Below, one piece after another: positions 1 through 7,553 of a DNA stretch of 32,000 nt. The stretch spans positions 3,720,001 to 3,752,000 of the forward strand of contig NC_017080.1 in assembly GCF_000284115.1 (NCBI RefSeq), given 5' to 3'. The number at the start of each line of letters is the position of its first letter. The first letter of the stretch is position 1. The notes under the pieces were generated by a model. That model saw only the letters and a program-made list of their open reading frames with translations, was not told the origin of the DNA and ran no database searches. The translations under genes were made by a program, and so were the position numbers. The DNA is from Phycisphaera mikurensis NBRC 102666 (GTDB taxonomy: Bacteria > Planctomycetota > Phycisphaerae > Phycisphaerales > Phycisphaeraceae).

Positions 1-1128
1 CACCGGGTCGTTTTCGCACAGGTTGTAAGCTCGATCTTCCACCTGCTTCGTGGCCCAGTCGCCCTTGCTGTTGGCAACCTGCGTCGCGAGGGCGTGCGGG
101 CTGCTCATCATCGCCCGGCAAAGCGACAGTGCTTCGAAGTAGGAGAGTGTCTCGCTGACCTCACGGACCAGCTTGATCATCTCCTTCTCCACCCGCCGCG
201 GCTTGAGCGTCCGGCTCTCGATGTCGCGACTGGGGAAGTTCAGCTTCACGTCCACCCGCCGGGTCCGTCGGAGCGTCCTCCGCACCGCACCGTGGAATGC
301 TTCTTCTTTGTCTGGACGCAGCCGCAAACCCCGCTGGCTCATGGCACCGTCGAGCAGGTACTCGAAACGGAAGTCGTCGATGTGCCCCAGCGGGTGCTGC
401 CGTCCTTCCGCCGCGGCCGCGAGGTCGAGCAAGCTGTACAAGTCCGTGATCCGGTTCTGCATCGGCGTCGCCGTCAGCAGCAGCATGTGCGGAAAAAGCC
501 GGTCCTTCAGCGCCTTCTGAATGTTCACCGCCATCTTCGGCGGCTTCGGCGTCCCGTGCAGGTTCCGGAGTTTGTGGGCCTCATCCAGAATGAGCATCTG
601 GAACGCCCCCTCCGGGACGCTGCCGCGCTCGAGCACCCGGCTGATGGTGTGGTAGGTCGTCACCACCACCTCCGCCCGCTGGTTGCGGAGTTCGTATGTC
701 AACTCAGAACCGGTGGCCGCGGTGGCCTTCAGCTTGAACTTCTTCCCGAGTTCCTCGACCCATTGCCTCTGGAGGATCTTCGGGCACACCACCAGCGTCC
801 GCTGCACCCGCCCGCGAACCATCAGCTCACTGAGGATCATCCCGGCGCTGATCGTCTTTCCAAGCCCGACGTCATCCGCCAGCACCGCCACCGGCAGCCG
901 CCGCAGCGACGCGATCAGATTCTCAACCTGGTGCTCGAAAGGATTCCAGTCCCGCTTCGGATCGTGGTACCAGCCGCCCTTGATGTCCTGCTCGCTGTGG
1001 AGCACGATCGGGTCCGCCAGCCCCCACTCAAGCGCCGCCCGCCGGAGCCGGTGCCATTGCCGCGACTCGCTCGCTTGGAGCACGGGCCGCTTCAGACTCA
1101 GTTCCGGCGGGGCGGATTGCAGGGCCAT
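1..1128 (-). CDS. SNF2/RapA-like DEAD-family helicase, N-terminal part (runs off the window at position 1)
   Basis: Reverse-strand reading from ATG at 1128 gives MALQSAPPELSLKRPVLQ...VAVLADDVGLGKTISAGMILSEL (Walker A), ...QMLILDEAHKLRN (DEAH), ...LLLTATPMQN; open to window edge. Confidence 0.88.
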   Translation of the reverse strand, partial: MALQSAPPELSLKRPVLQASESRQWHRLRRAALEWGLADPIVLHSEQDIKGGWYHDPKRDWNPFEHQVENLIASLRRLPVAVLADDVGLGKTISAGMILSELMVRGRVQRTLVVCPKILQRQWVEELGKKFKLKATAATGSELTYELRNQRAEVVVTTYHTISRVLERGSVPEGAFQMLILDEAHKLRNLHGTPKPPKMAVNIQKALKDRLFPHMLLLTATPMQNRITDLYSLLDLAAAAEGRQHPLGHIDDFRFEYLLDGAMSQRGLRLRPDKEEAFHGAVRRTLRRTRRVDVKLNFPSRDIESRTLKPRRVEKEMIKLVREVSETLSYFEALSLCRAMMSSPHALATQVANSKGDWATKQVEDRAYNLCENDPV

Positions 1129-1329
1129 GGAAACATTCTGCCATGACGCACCGAAGTCGCAGCGCGGTAAATCGCAATAGCAAAGCGGCTTTGGACACCC
1201 CGTTGTCCAGCCCACCGGCACCGGGTTTCCGCTGCCGGAACCATATTGTGCTGAGGCTACGTCCCGCCGCTTGCCCTCACCGCGTCGACCGCTTCCTCGC
1301 CGGCGCAGCGTGCCGCCTCCCGCTACGCG

Positions 1330-1375
1330 CCGCGGACGGTGCGCGGAAACGCCGCCAACCTTCGATGGTCCGCGA
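1330..1375. repeat. Degenerate copy of the 46-bp intergenic inverted-repeat element
   Basis: CCGCGGACGG (9/10 to arm) + 26 bp + TGGTCCGCGA (8/10 to arm); intergenic. Confidence 0.45.
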
Positions 1376-1404
1376 CGTCCGGAGGAGCTTGCTGATCCCG
1401 GCGC

Positions 1405-2142
1405 TCAGGCGGCGAGGCGGACGGGGGGGGTCTGCTCGGTCTCGGGGCGGACCTGGTTGGCGGGGGCGGCGGGGGCGGCGGCCTGGAGGTAGGTGCTCAC
1501 GGGGTCGCTCCAGGGGCCGGCTTGCTGCTTGCCGTTGACCCAGGCGGCGCGGAGCCACACGCGGGTGCCGCCGGGGGCGGAGGCGGGGAAGGAGACCTCC
1601 GACTGGTACTTGGTGGTCGCGCCCTCGAAGGACCAGCCCGCCGGGTCGGCGGGGGTCTGGTCGCCCACGAAGGTCTGCACCCACGCGGCCACGGCGCCCG
1701 GGGCCTTGCCGCGCTTGCTGGCGGTGTGGGGGTCGAAGAGGCGGAGCGTCACCTCGCGGCCGCGGACGGCGCCGACGATGGCCGAGGGCGCCGCGCTGGG
1801 CACCGGCACCGGCGTGGCGCCGTTGCGGAGGCGGATGCCCAGCCGCACCTTGAGCTGGTCGCTCACGTCGCTGTTGGCGGCGACGGTCGCGTACAGCTCG
1901 CGGCCGACCTTCAGCAGCGCGTCGCGGGCGGTGTCGCGGGCGGCGGTCTGCTGCTTGGAGCGCAGGCCCTGGGACCGCTGCACCTCCAGATCGGTCGCCG
2001 CCGCGGCGTACGGCGTGTAGACCGCGCGGTACGCCGCCGCCTGATCGGCGGTCAGCCCGAAGCGCGCCGGGTCGCCGGAGAGCGCCTCGTCGAAGTTGAG
2101 GGCGAACGGCAAGAGTTGAGAGTCCGAAACGGGGAAAGCCAT
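1405..2142 (-). CDS. Hypothetical protein, possible fibronectin-III-like C-terminal region
   Basis: 245-aa ORF MAFPVSDSQLLPFALNFDEAL...; start preceded on minus strand by AGAAGGAGCCCC (Shine-Dalgarno); C-terminal WSFEGATTKYQSEV...WLRAAWVNGKQQAGPWSDPVSTYL resembles Fn3-like text. Confidence 0.7.
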   Translation of the reverse strand: MAFPVSDSQLLPFALNFDEALSGDPARFGLTADQAAAYRAVYTPYAAAATDLEVQRSQGLRSKQQTAARDTARDALLKVGRELYATVAANSDVSDQLKVRLGIRLRNGATPVPVPSAAPSAIVGAVRGREVTLRLFDPHTASKRGKAPGAVAAWVQTFVGDQTPADPAGWSFEGATTKYQSEVSFPASAPGGTRVWLRAAWVNGKQQAGPWSDPVSTYLQAAAPAAPANQVRPETEQTPPVRLAA

Positions 2143-2351
2143 GGGGCTCCTTCTGAGGGAACGAAGCGGCGGGTCGGCGTCTGGCCCCGGAGCAACACGC
2201 CCCGGCCGCCCGCGGAACGCCCTTCGACCCGCCCCGGCCCCCCCTTGAGCCACCCGGGCGAAAATCCTTAAATCAGCCGCCGGAAGTCCATCACCGCCCC
2301 GCGGTGGCCCCGCCCCAAGCCCCGGCGGCCCGGATCCGTGCGGCACCCGCC

Positions 2352-2561
2352 CGACCGCGCAGAGCCGCCACGCGCGTTCCTGCCACCAACTCCCGGACGC
2401 GCGGAGCCGACACGCGCGTTTCTGCCATTATCTCCCGGTCGCGAGGGGCTGCCACTCGCGTTCTTGTCGCAAACCCCCGGCCGCACGGAGCCGCCAAGCG
2501 CGTTATTGCCGCACGAATCCGGCCGCGGGGAGCTGCGCCGCGCGTTCGCCCTTGAGGTCGG
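2352..2561. repeat. 42-bp tandem repeat, 5 imperfect copies
   Basis: Unit starts at 2352, 2394, 2436, 2478, 2520 (exact 42-bp period), e.g. CGGACGCGCGGAGCCGACACGCGCGTTTCTGCCATTATCTCC; conserved GGAGC(C/T)G..AC/CGCGCGTT core, variable 3' third. Confidence 0.9.
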
Positions 2562-2608
2562 CCCTCCTGTTCCTGCGCGTCCAGCCGCCGGCCGCAAGCG
2601 CCAGCCCC

Positions 2609-2654
2609 CCGCGGACCGCCCGCCGTTTCCGCCGTTCCGCCCCGCGGTCCGCGG
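2609..2654. repeat. 46-bp intergenic inverted-repeat element, copy 1
   Basis: CCGCGGACCG (2609-2618) - 26 bp - CGGTCCGCGG (2645-2654). Confidence 0.85.
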
Positions 2655-2826
2655 GCGGGAAGCCGTCCGCCGGGCACGCCACGCAGCGGGTGCCGCCCGG
2701 GGCCCTCAAAGCCCCGCCAAGCCGTGTGAGGCGTCTGCGGACCGGTCCCACCGCTGGCCTCCCTCTTCCGGCGTACCGTCTCCGCCGGAACCCGCGTCGT
2801 GCCCGCGACCAGAAAGGAGGCTGCTG

Positions 2827-3525
2827 ATGGCTCAAGTCGCAGGAAACGGGATCTACACCCTCCCGGAAGCCGCAGCGCTGATCGGGATGAAGGTCCCGAC
2901 GCTCCGCAGTTGGTTCCGTGACGACGGCCGCCGGCGGTCCCTGTTCCGCGGCGACTACCTCGCGGCCCGGGCCGGGGAGCGGCTGACCGCGCTCAGCTTC
3001 CACGACCTCGTGGAGGCGGTGGTGGCCGTCAAGCTCAAGGGGCTCGGCATGACGCCGCAGCGGATCCGGCGGACGCACGCGGCGCTCGCGGAGGCGTACG
3101 GCACGCCCCACCCCTTCGCCTACCGGGGCTTCTTCGTCAGCGAGAAGGCGGACCGGGTCTTCGCCGAGTTCCGGGAGGACGACCCCGGCGGGCCGCTGCG
3201 GGCGGGCTTCCTGGAGGTCGGCGCCGAGCAGCACGCGATCCGGGAGGTCCTGCAGCCCTTCCTTCAGCGGGTGGACTACGACCCGCGCACCGAGCTCGCC
3301 GCCCTCGTCCGCCTGACCGCGGACGGCTCGGTGCACCTCGACCCCGAGCGTGGCTTCGGCAAGCCGCTCGTGGCGTCGTGCTCGCAGCGGACGGCCGTCC
3401 TCCACGCCGCATGGCTCGCCAACGGGCGGGACGCACCGGTCGTGGCCGACTGGTACGGGGTGACGACGCCGGAGGTCGAAGCGGCGGTGTCGTTCCACGA
3501 GGACTTCCGGGGCCTCGCGGCTTGA
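2827..3525 (+). CDS. HTH (MerR-like N-terminus) protein with DUF433/VapB-type antitoxin-like C-terminus
   Basis: MAQVAGNGIYTLPEAAALIGMKVPTLRSWF...; C-terminal VHLDPERGFGKPLVASCSQRTAVLHAAWLANGRDAPVVADWYGVTTPEVEAAVSFHEDF matches the DUF433 pattern; strong SD AAAGGAGG upstream of ATG. Confidence 0.75.
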   Translation: MAQVAGNGIYTLPEAAALIGMKVPTLRSWFRDDGRRRSLFRGDYLAARAGERLTALSFHDLVEAVVAVKLKGLGMTPQRIRRTHAALAEAYGTPHPFAYRGFFVSEKADRVFAEFREDDPGGPLRAGFLEVGAEQHAIREVLQPFLQRVDYDPRTELAALVRLTADGSVHLDPERGFGKPLVASCSQRTAVLHAAWLANGRDAPVVADWYGVTTPEVEAAVSFHEDFRGLAA

Positions 3526-3614
3526 GGTTCCTGTTCGACCGCAACGTGTCGGTGCACCTCCCCCGCGGCCTCCACCACTTCTGCCGCGACCACCTACCGT
3601 CGCCTCCGGCGTGA
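3522..3614 (+). pseudogene. Truncated PIN-like (VapC45/DUF5615-type) toxin remnant
   Basis: TTG start overlapping the DUF433 stop (TTGA); LRFLFDRNVSVHLPRGLHHFCRDHLPSPPA* resembles only the N-terminus of PIN-like toxins normally encoded after DUF433 antitoxins. Confidence 0.5.
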
Positions 3615-3648
3615 TCCGGGTGAGCCCGCAAGGTCGATGAGGTGACCC

Positions 3649-4845
3649 ATGACGCACGGAGACGCAGCCGAGACCGACAAAACCTCCGCCGGCGAGGCTG
3701 CGCGGTTTCTCGAGCCGCACCTCCGGGGCGGGAGGTTCGATGCCGACCCTCACGAGATTCCCAGCGAGTTCCTGAAGGACCTCGCCGTCCTCGAAGAGCT
3801 CGTCATCGAGACCGCCAAGTGGCGGCACCGCCAGATGCACCCGACGCGGCAGCGGACGGTTAAGAACTTCAAGCGGGGCGTCCGGCTCAACCTCACGGGC
3901 GTCGGTGAGGGCAGCGCGATTCCGCTCTTCCGGCTGCACCTCGACCCGGCAGCAAACCTCTTTGACGAGCAGCGGAGGTGCTTTGAGGAGGCGCGCCTCG
4001 CCATCGTGCAGACGCTCGGCTCGGCGTCCGAGGTGATCGACAAGGAGATCGGTCGGCTGCCGCCAAAGCTGCTGACCTACTTCGACCGCCTCGGGCGGAA
4101 CTTAAAGGCGGGTGAATCAATGGAACTGGGCGACGGGAGCGGGGCCGTTGGGCGCCTGACGCCGGAGCGGCGGCTGCAGCTGCTGCAGGATGCGCAGGTC
4201 AAGACCTACCGAAACGAGGTGACGCTGCTCGGCTCGATCCACAGTGGAGACAAGCTGAACGACACCTTCGAGCTGGCTGCCGACGATGGGAGGACCTTCC
4301 AAGCGCCTTGGCCCGCACCCTTCCGTGAGCAAGTACAAGAGGCTTGGAGAGGCTTTGAGGACGGCGTGCGCGTCAGCGTGCAGTGCGTCGGCGAGTTCAC
4401 CAAGGAGGGCAGACTCCAAAGGGTCGACTCGGTGGAGCAGCTCACGGTGCTGGATCCGCTGGACGTCGGGCTGCGCTTGGCCAGCTTCCACACCCTCGAA
4501 GACGGGTGGCACGACGGGGAGGGAAGTGCTTTGGACCGAGACGGCCTCGGTCGCCTGACGGAGGCTTTCGACCGACACTGGCCCGAAGACCTGTCACTCC
4601 CCCACCTGTGGCCGATGCCCGAGCCGGAGGCCGGCGGCGGGGTCCACGCCCAGTGGAAGAGCGGACGCCGCAGCGTCAGCCTCGAGGTCGATCTCCGCGC
4701 CTCCTCGGCCTACTTCACCAGCTTCGACCTCGACGACCCCGACCCGGAGGTCGGCGTGGAGGAGGAGGGCCTCGACCTGTCGCTCCCGGCGAGCTGGGAG
4801 CGGGTCGCGAGCGAGGTGCGGGGCTTCCTCGGGGGCGACGCTTGA
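3649..4845 (+). CDS. Hypothetical protein, first gene of an overlapping two-gene cassette
   Basis: 398-aa ORF MTHGDAAETDKTSAGEAARFLEPHLRGG...; GAGGTG SD 4 nt upstream of ATG; C-terminal block LASFHTLEDGWHDGEG...LPHLWPMPEPEAGGGVHAQWKSG. Confidence 0.85.
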   Translation: MTHGDAAETDKTSAGEAARFLEPHLRGGRFDADPHEIPSEFLKDLAVLEELVIETAKWRHRQMHPTRQRTVKNFKRGVRLNLTGVGEGSAIPLFRLHLDPAANLFDEQRRCFEEARLAIVQTLGSASEVIDKEIGRLPPKLLTYFDRLGRNLKAGESMELGDGSGAVGRLTPERRLQLLQDAQVKTYRNEVTLLGSIHSGDKLNDTFELAADDGRTFQAPWPAPFREQVQEAWRGFEDGVRVSVQCVGEFTKEGRLQRVDSVEQLTVLDPLDVGLRLASFHTLEDGWHDGEGSALDRDGLGRLTEAFDRHWPEDLSLPHLWPMPEPEAGGGVHAQWKSGRRSVSLEVDLRASSAYFTSFDLDDPDPEVGVEEEGLDLSLPASWERVASEVRGFLGGDA

Positions 4846-5219
4846 GCCCTGAGAAGCCCCTGCACCGGTCGATCCACCCGACGAAGCTCGACCCCGTTGG
4901 GGCCATGGACTACCTCGCGTTCCGGCCCAACTCGGCGGACAAGGACCAGCTGTCGCTCTATGACGGTGATCAGATCGGGGCGGAGGCGGCTTGGCTGCAC
5001 CACACCCGCGACGGGGCACACTCGCACGGGATCGGGACCGTGACCGCCGCGGAAGCCACCGCCGCGGGGACGCCGGCCAGGAGCGACCCGGACGAGTTCC
5101 CCGAGCACGTTCTCGCCGACTTCTCGGCGCTGCCCGGACGGAAGGCGAAGCAGCGGGCCGCGGCGACCCTGTGCGAGGCGGCGAATGCCCGCGGGTGGTC
5201 CTTCCGGCCGGAGGCCTGA
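4842..5219 (+). CDS. Hypothetical 125-aa protein, second gene of the cassette, TTG start overlapping previous stop
   Basis: (M)SPEKPLHRSIHPTKLDPVGAMDYLAFRPNSADKDQLSLYDGDQI...FSALPGRKAKQRAAATLCEAANARGWSF; TTGA overlap with the 4845 stop. Confidence 0.75.
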   Translation: MSPEKPLHRSIHPTKLDPVGAMDYLAFRPNSADKDQLSLYDGDQIGAEAAWLHHTRDGAHSHGIGTVTAAEATAAGTPARSDPDEFPEHVLADFSALPGRKAKQRAAATLCEAANARGWSFRPEA

Positions 5220-5285
5220 CGCTGCGGCGGACGCCCCGCTGTCCGGGCGGGGCTGGCGGGGCACCGAGGCGGCCTCGCGTTCCGG

Positions 5286-5297
5286 TAGCTTCCGCGG
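5286..5297 (+). promoter_or_regulatory. Putative -10 box (TAGCTT) for a leaderless mod transcript
   Basis: TAGCTT at 5286-5291, six bases (CCGCGG), then ATG at 5298. Confidence 0.5.
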
Positions 5298-7553
5298 ATG
5301 CTCAACCTCTCGGACGCGGAGAAGCAGGAGGTGCTGCGGCACCTGGACGAGGGGCGGCCGCTGCCGGACCGGTACCGGTTCCTGCTGTTCGGCGACAAGC
5401 GGGAGGTGGAGCTGGTCTGGAACGGGAAGACCTCGGAGGTGTGCAACGCGGTGCTGCCCTTCCAGACAATCGAGCACGTGGACGAGCCGCGGACCGAGAA
5501 AGAGGTGGAGGTGCACCCGGGGCTGTTCGACACGCGGGGCCGTCAGGAGAGCGGGTGGAGCAACAAGCTGATCTGGGGCGACAACAAGCTGATCCTCTCG
5601 TCGCTGAAGAACGGGCCGATGCGGCGGGCGATCGAGGACGCCGGCGGGCTGAAGCTGATCTACATCGACCCTCCGTTCGACGTAGGGGCGGACTTCTCGA
5701 TGGACATCGAGGTGGGCGAAGGAGATACGCTCACGAAGCGAGCCTCCATCATGGAGGAGATTGCTTACCGCGATACGTGGGGAAGGGGCCACGACTCTTT
5801 CATCACAATGATCTACGAGAGGCTTGTGCTGATGCGAGGCCTGCTTGCTCCCACTGGAAGTATCTACGTACATTGTGATTGGCGCCTCAGCGGCTTGGTG
5901 CGAATGGCTATGGACGAGATCTTCGGCAGAAGCTCGTTCCAGAATGAGATTTCATGGTGCTACCGGGAGGCGATCAATTCTAAGAAGCGTTGGAATCGCA
6001 AGCACGATTCAATCCTCTATTACACAGCCGACCCTGTCGACTATGTTTTCAATCCTAATGAGGTGCTCCAGAAGCATTCGGCGGCAACAACGGCGAAGTA
6101 TAAACATATCGATGAAGAAGGAAGGCGCTACCGATTGATGGGGCGCGGCCTCGCCGGGAGCCCGATCAAGTCTGCACGAGATGTTTCGCCAGACTGGGAG
6201 GAGACACACCCAGATCTTGTCTATCGCCATTACCAGCGTGATGGAACGTATGCCGTCGACTACTGGAACATCGACATCATCAATCAGGCAGCCAATGAGA
6301 GGCTTGGCTACCCGACACAGAAGCCTGAAGAGCTGGTCGAGCGTATTGTTAAGGCTTCAACCAACCCCGGAGACCTCGTCGCCGACTTCTTCTGCGGCTC
6401 CGGCACCACCGCCGCCGTGGCGGAGAAGCTCGGCCGCAAGTGGATCGCCACCGACCTGGGCAAGTTTGCCATCCACACCACCCGCAAGCGGATGATCGGT
6501 GTGCAGCGTGAGCGGCAGGCTTCCCGCCAAGGTTTTCGGGCTTTCGAAATCCTGAACCTCGGCCGCTACGAGCGCCAGCATTTCGCGGGCGTCAACCCCA
6601 CGCTCCGCGAGGCGGAGCAGGCGGCCCAGCTGCAAGCCAAGGAAGAGGCCTTCCGCGAGCTGATCCTCCACGCCTACCACGCGGAGGCCACCACCGGCTT
6701 TCAGACCTTCCACGGCAAGAAGAACGGCCGGCCGGTGGCGATCGGCCCGGTCAACCGCCCGGTCTCGCGGCTCTTCGTGGAGGAGGTGGTCAACGAGTGC
6801 CGCCAGAAGAACCTCACCCGGTGCGACCTGCTCGGCTTCGAGTTCGAGATGGGCCTCTTCCCCCGCGTGCTCGAAGACGCCAAGGCCAAGGGCATCGACG
6901 TGGCGGCCAAGCAGATCCCCGCGGAGGTTTTCGACAAGCGGGCGGTGGACCGCGGGCACGTGAAGTTCCACGACGTGGCGTACATCGAGGTGGAGCCCGA
7001 AACGCGGACCGGCAGCCACAAGCACGGCCACGCCGCGGGCATCCGCGTGACGCTGGCTGACTACTCCGTCTTCTACTCGCAGGGTTCGGTCGACCGGGCT
7101 CAGGAGGAGTTCGGCGGCAAGAAGAGCGGCTCCAAGGTGGTCGTCGACAACGGGCAGATCGTGAAGGTGACCAAGGAGAAGAGCGGCCGCGTTCACACGG
7201 AGGTGCTGACCAAGCAGTGGACCGACTGGATCGACTACTGGTCGGTGGACTTCGACTACGAGTCGAAGAAGGAGGTGGTGCTGCGGCAGACCGCGGAAGA
7301 GGCCGGCCCGGCGGAGCAGGGGCTGAGCGCGTACGAGGAGGTCTGGACGGGCGACTACATCTTCGAGAACGAGTGGCAGAGCTTCCGCACCAAGAAGGAC
7401 CGCAAGCTGGACCTCACCAGCGCCTGGCACGAGGTGAAGCCCGGCAGAGCCGGCCCCCGGAAGGTGGCGGTGAAGGTGGTCGACATCTTCGGCAACGACA
7501 CCACGGCGGTGGTGGCCGTCGCGGCGCCCGAGCCGCTGAAGGAGAAGAAGTAG
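5298..7553 (+). CDS. Type III-like site-specific DNA methyltransferase (Mod), beta-class N6-adenine type
   Basis: 751 aa; motif [16 protein letters not shown] precedes motif [30 protein letters not shown]; [17 protein letters not shown]. Confidence 0.93.
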   Translation: MLNLSDAEKQEVLRHLDEGRPLPDRYRFLLFGDKREVELVWNGKTSEVCNAVLPFQTIEHVDEPRTEKEVEVHPGLFDTRGRQESGWSNKLIWGDNKLILSSLKNGPMRRAIEDAGGLKLIYIDPPFDVGADFSMDIEVGEGDTLTKRASIMEEIAYRDTWGRGHDSFITMIYERLVLMRGLLAPTGSIYVHCDWRLSGLVRMAMDEIFGRSSFQNEISWCYREAINSKKRWNRKHDSILYYTADPVDYVFNPNEVLQKHSAATTAKYKHIDEEGRRYRLMGRGLAGSPIKSARDVSPDWEETHPDLVYRHYQRDGTYAVDYWNIDIINQAANERLGYPTQKPEELVERIVKASTNPGDLVADFFCGSGTTAAVAEKLGRKWIATDLGKFAIHTTRKRMIGVQRERQASRQGFRAFEILNLGRYERQHFAGVNPTLREAEQAAQLQAKEEAFRELILHAYHAEATTGFQTFHGKKNGRPVAIGPVNRPVSRLFVEEVVNECRQKNLTRCDLLGFEFEMGLFPRVLEDAKAKGIDVAAKQIPAEVFDKRAVDRGHVKFHDVAYIEVEPETRTGSHKHGHAAGIRVTLADYSVFYSQGSVDRAQEEFGGKKSGSKVVVDNGQIVKVTKEKSGRVHTEVLTKQWTDWIDYWSVDFDYESKKEVVLRQTAEEAGPAEQGLSAYEEVWTGDYIFENEWQSFRTKKDRKLDLTSAWHEVKPGRAGPRKVAVKVVDIFGNDTTAVVAVAAPEPLKEKK

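Noticed and set aside
2352-2561. CRISPR-like array at the 42-bp repeats
   Set aside because: Variable portion is only ~15 bp and still related between units; period is too short for repeat+spacer.
4383-5219. Single long ORF joining the end of the 398-aa gene to the 125-aa gene
   Set aside because: The part upstream of 4842 is an out-of-frame Arg/Gly-rich shadow of the clear 3649-4845 CDS; TTG at 4842 with a TTGA overlap is the simpler start.
5233-5253. Hairpin GCCCCGC-TGTCCGG-GCGGGGC between the 125-aa gene and mod as an intrinsic terminator
   Set aside because: Seven-bp GC stem without a U-tract; such stems are common by chance at this GC content, so only weak support.
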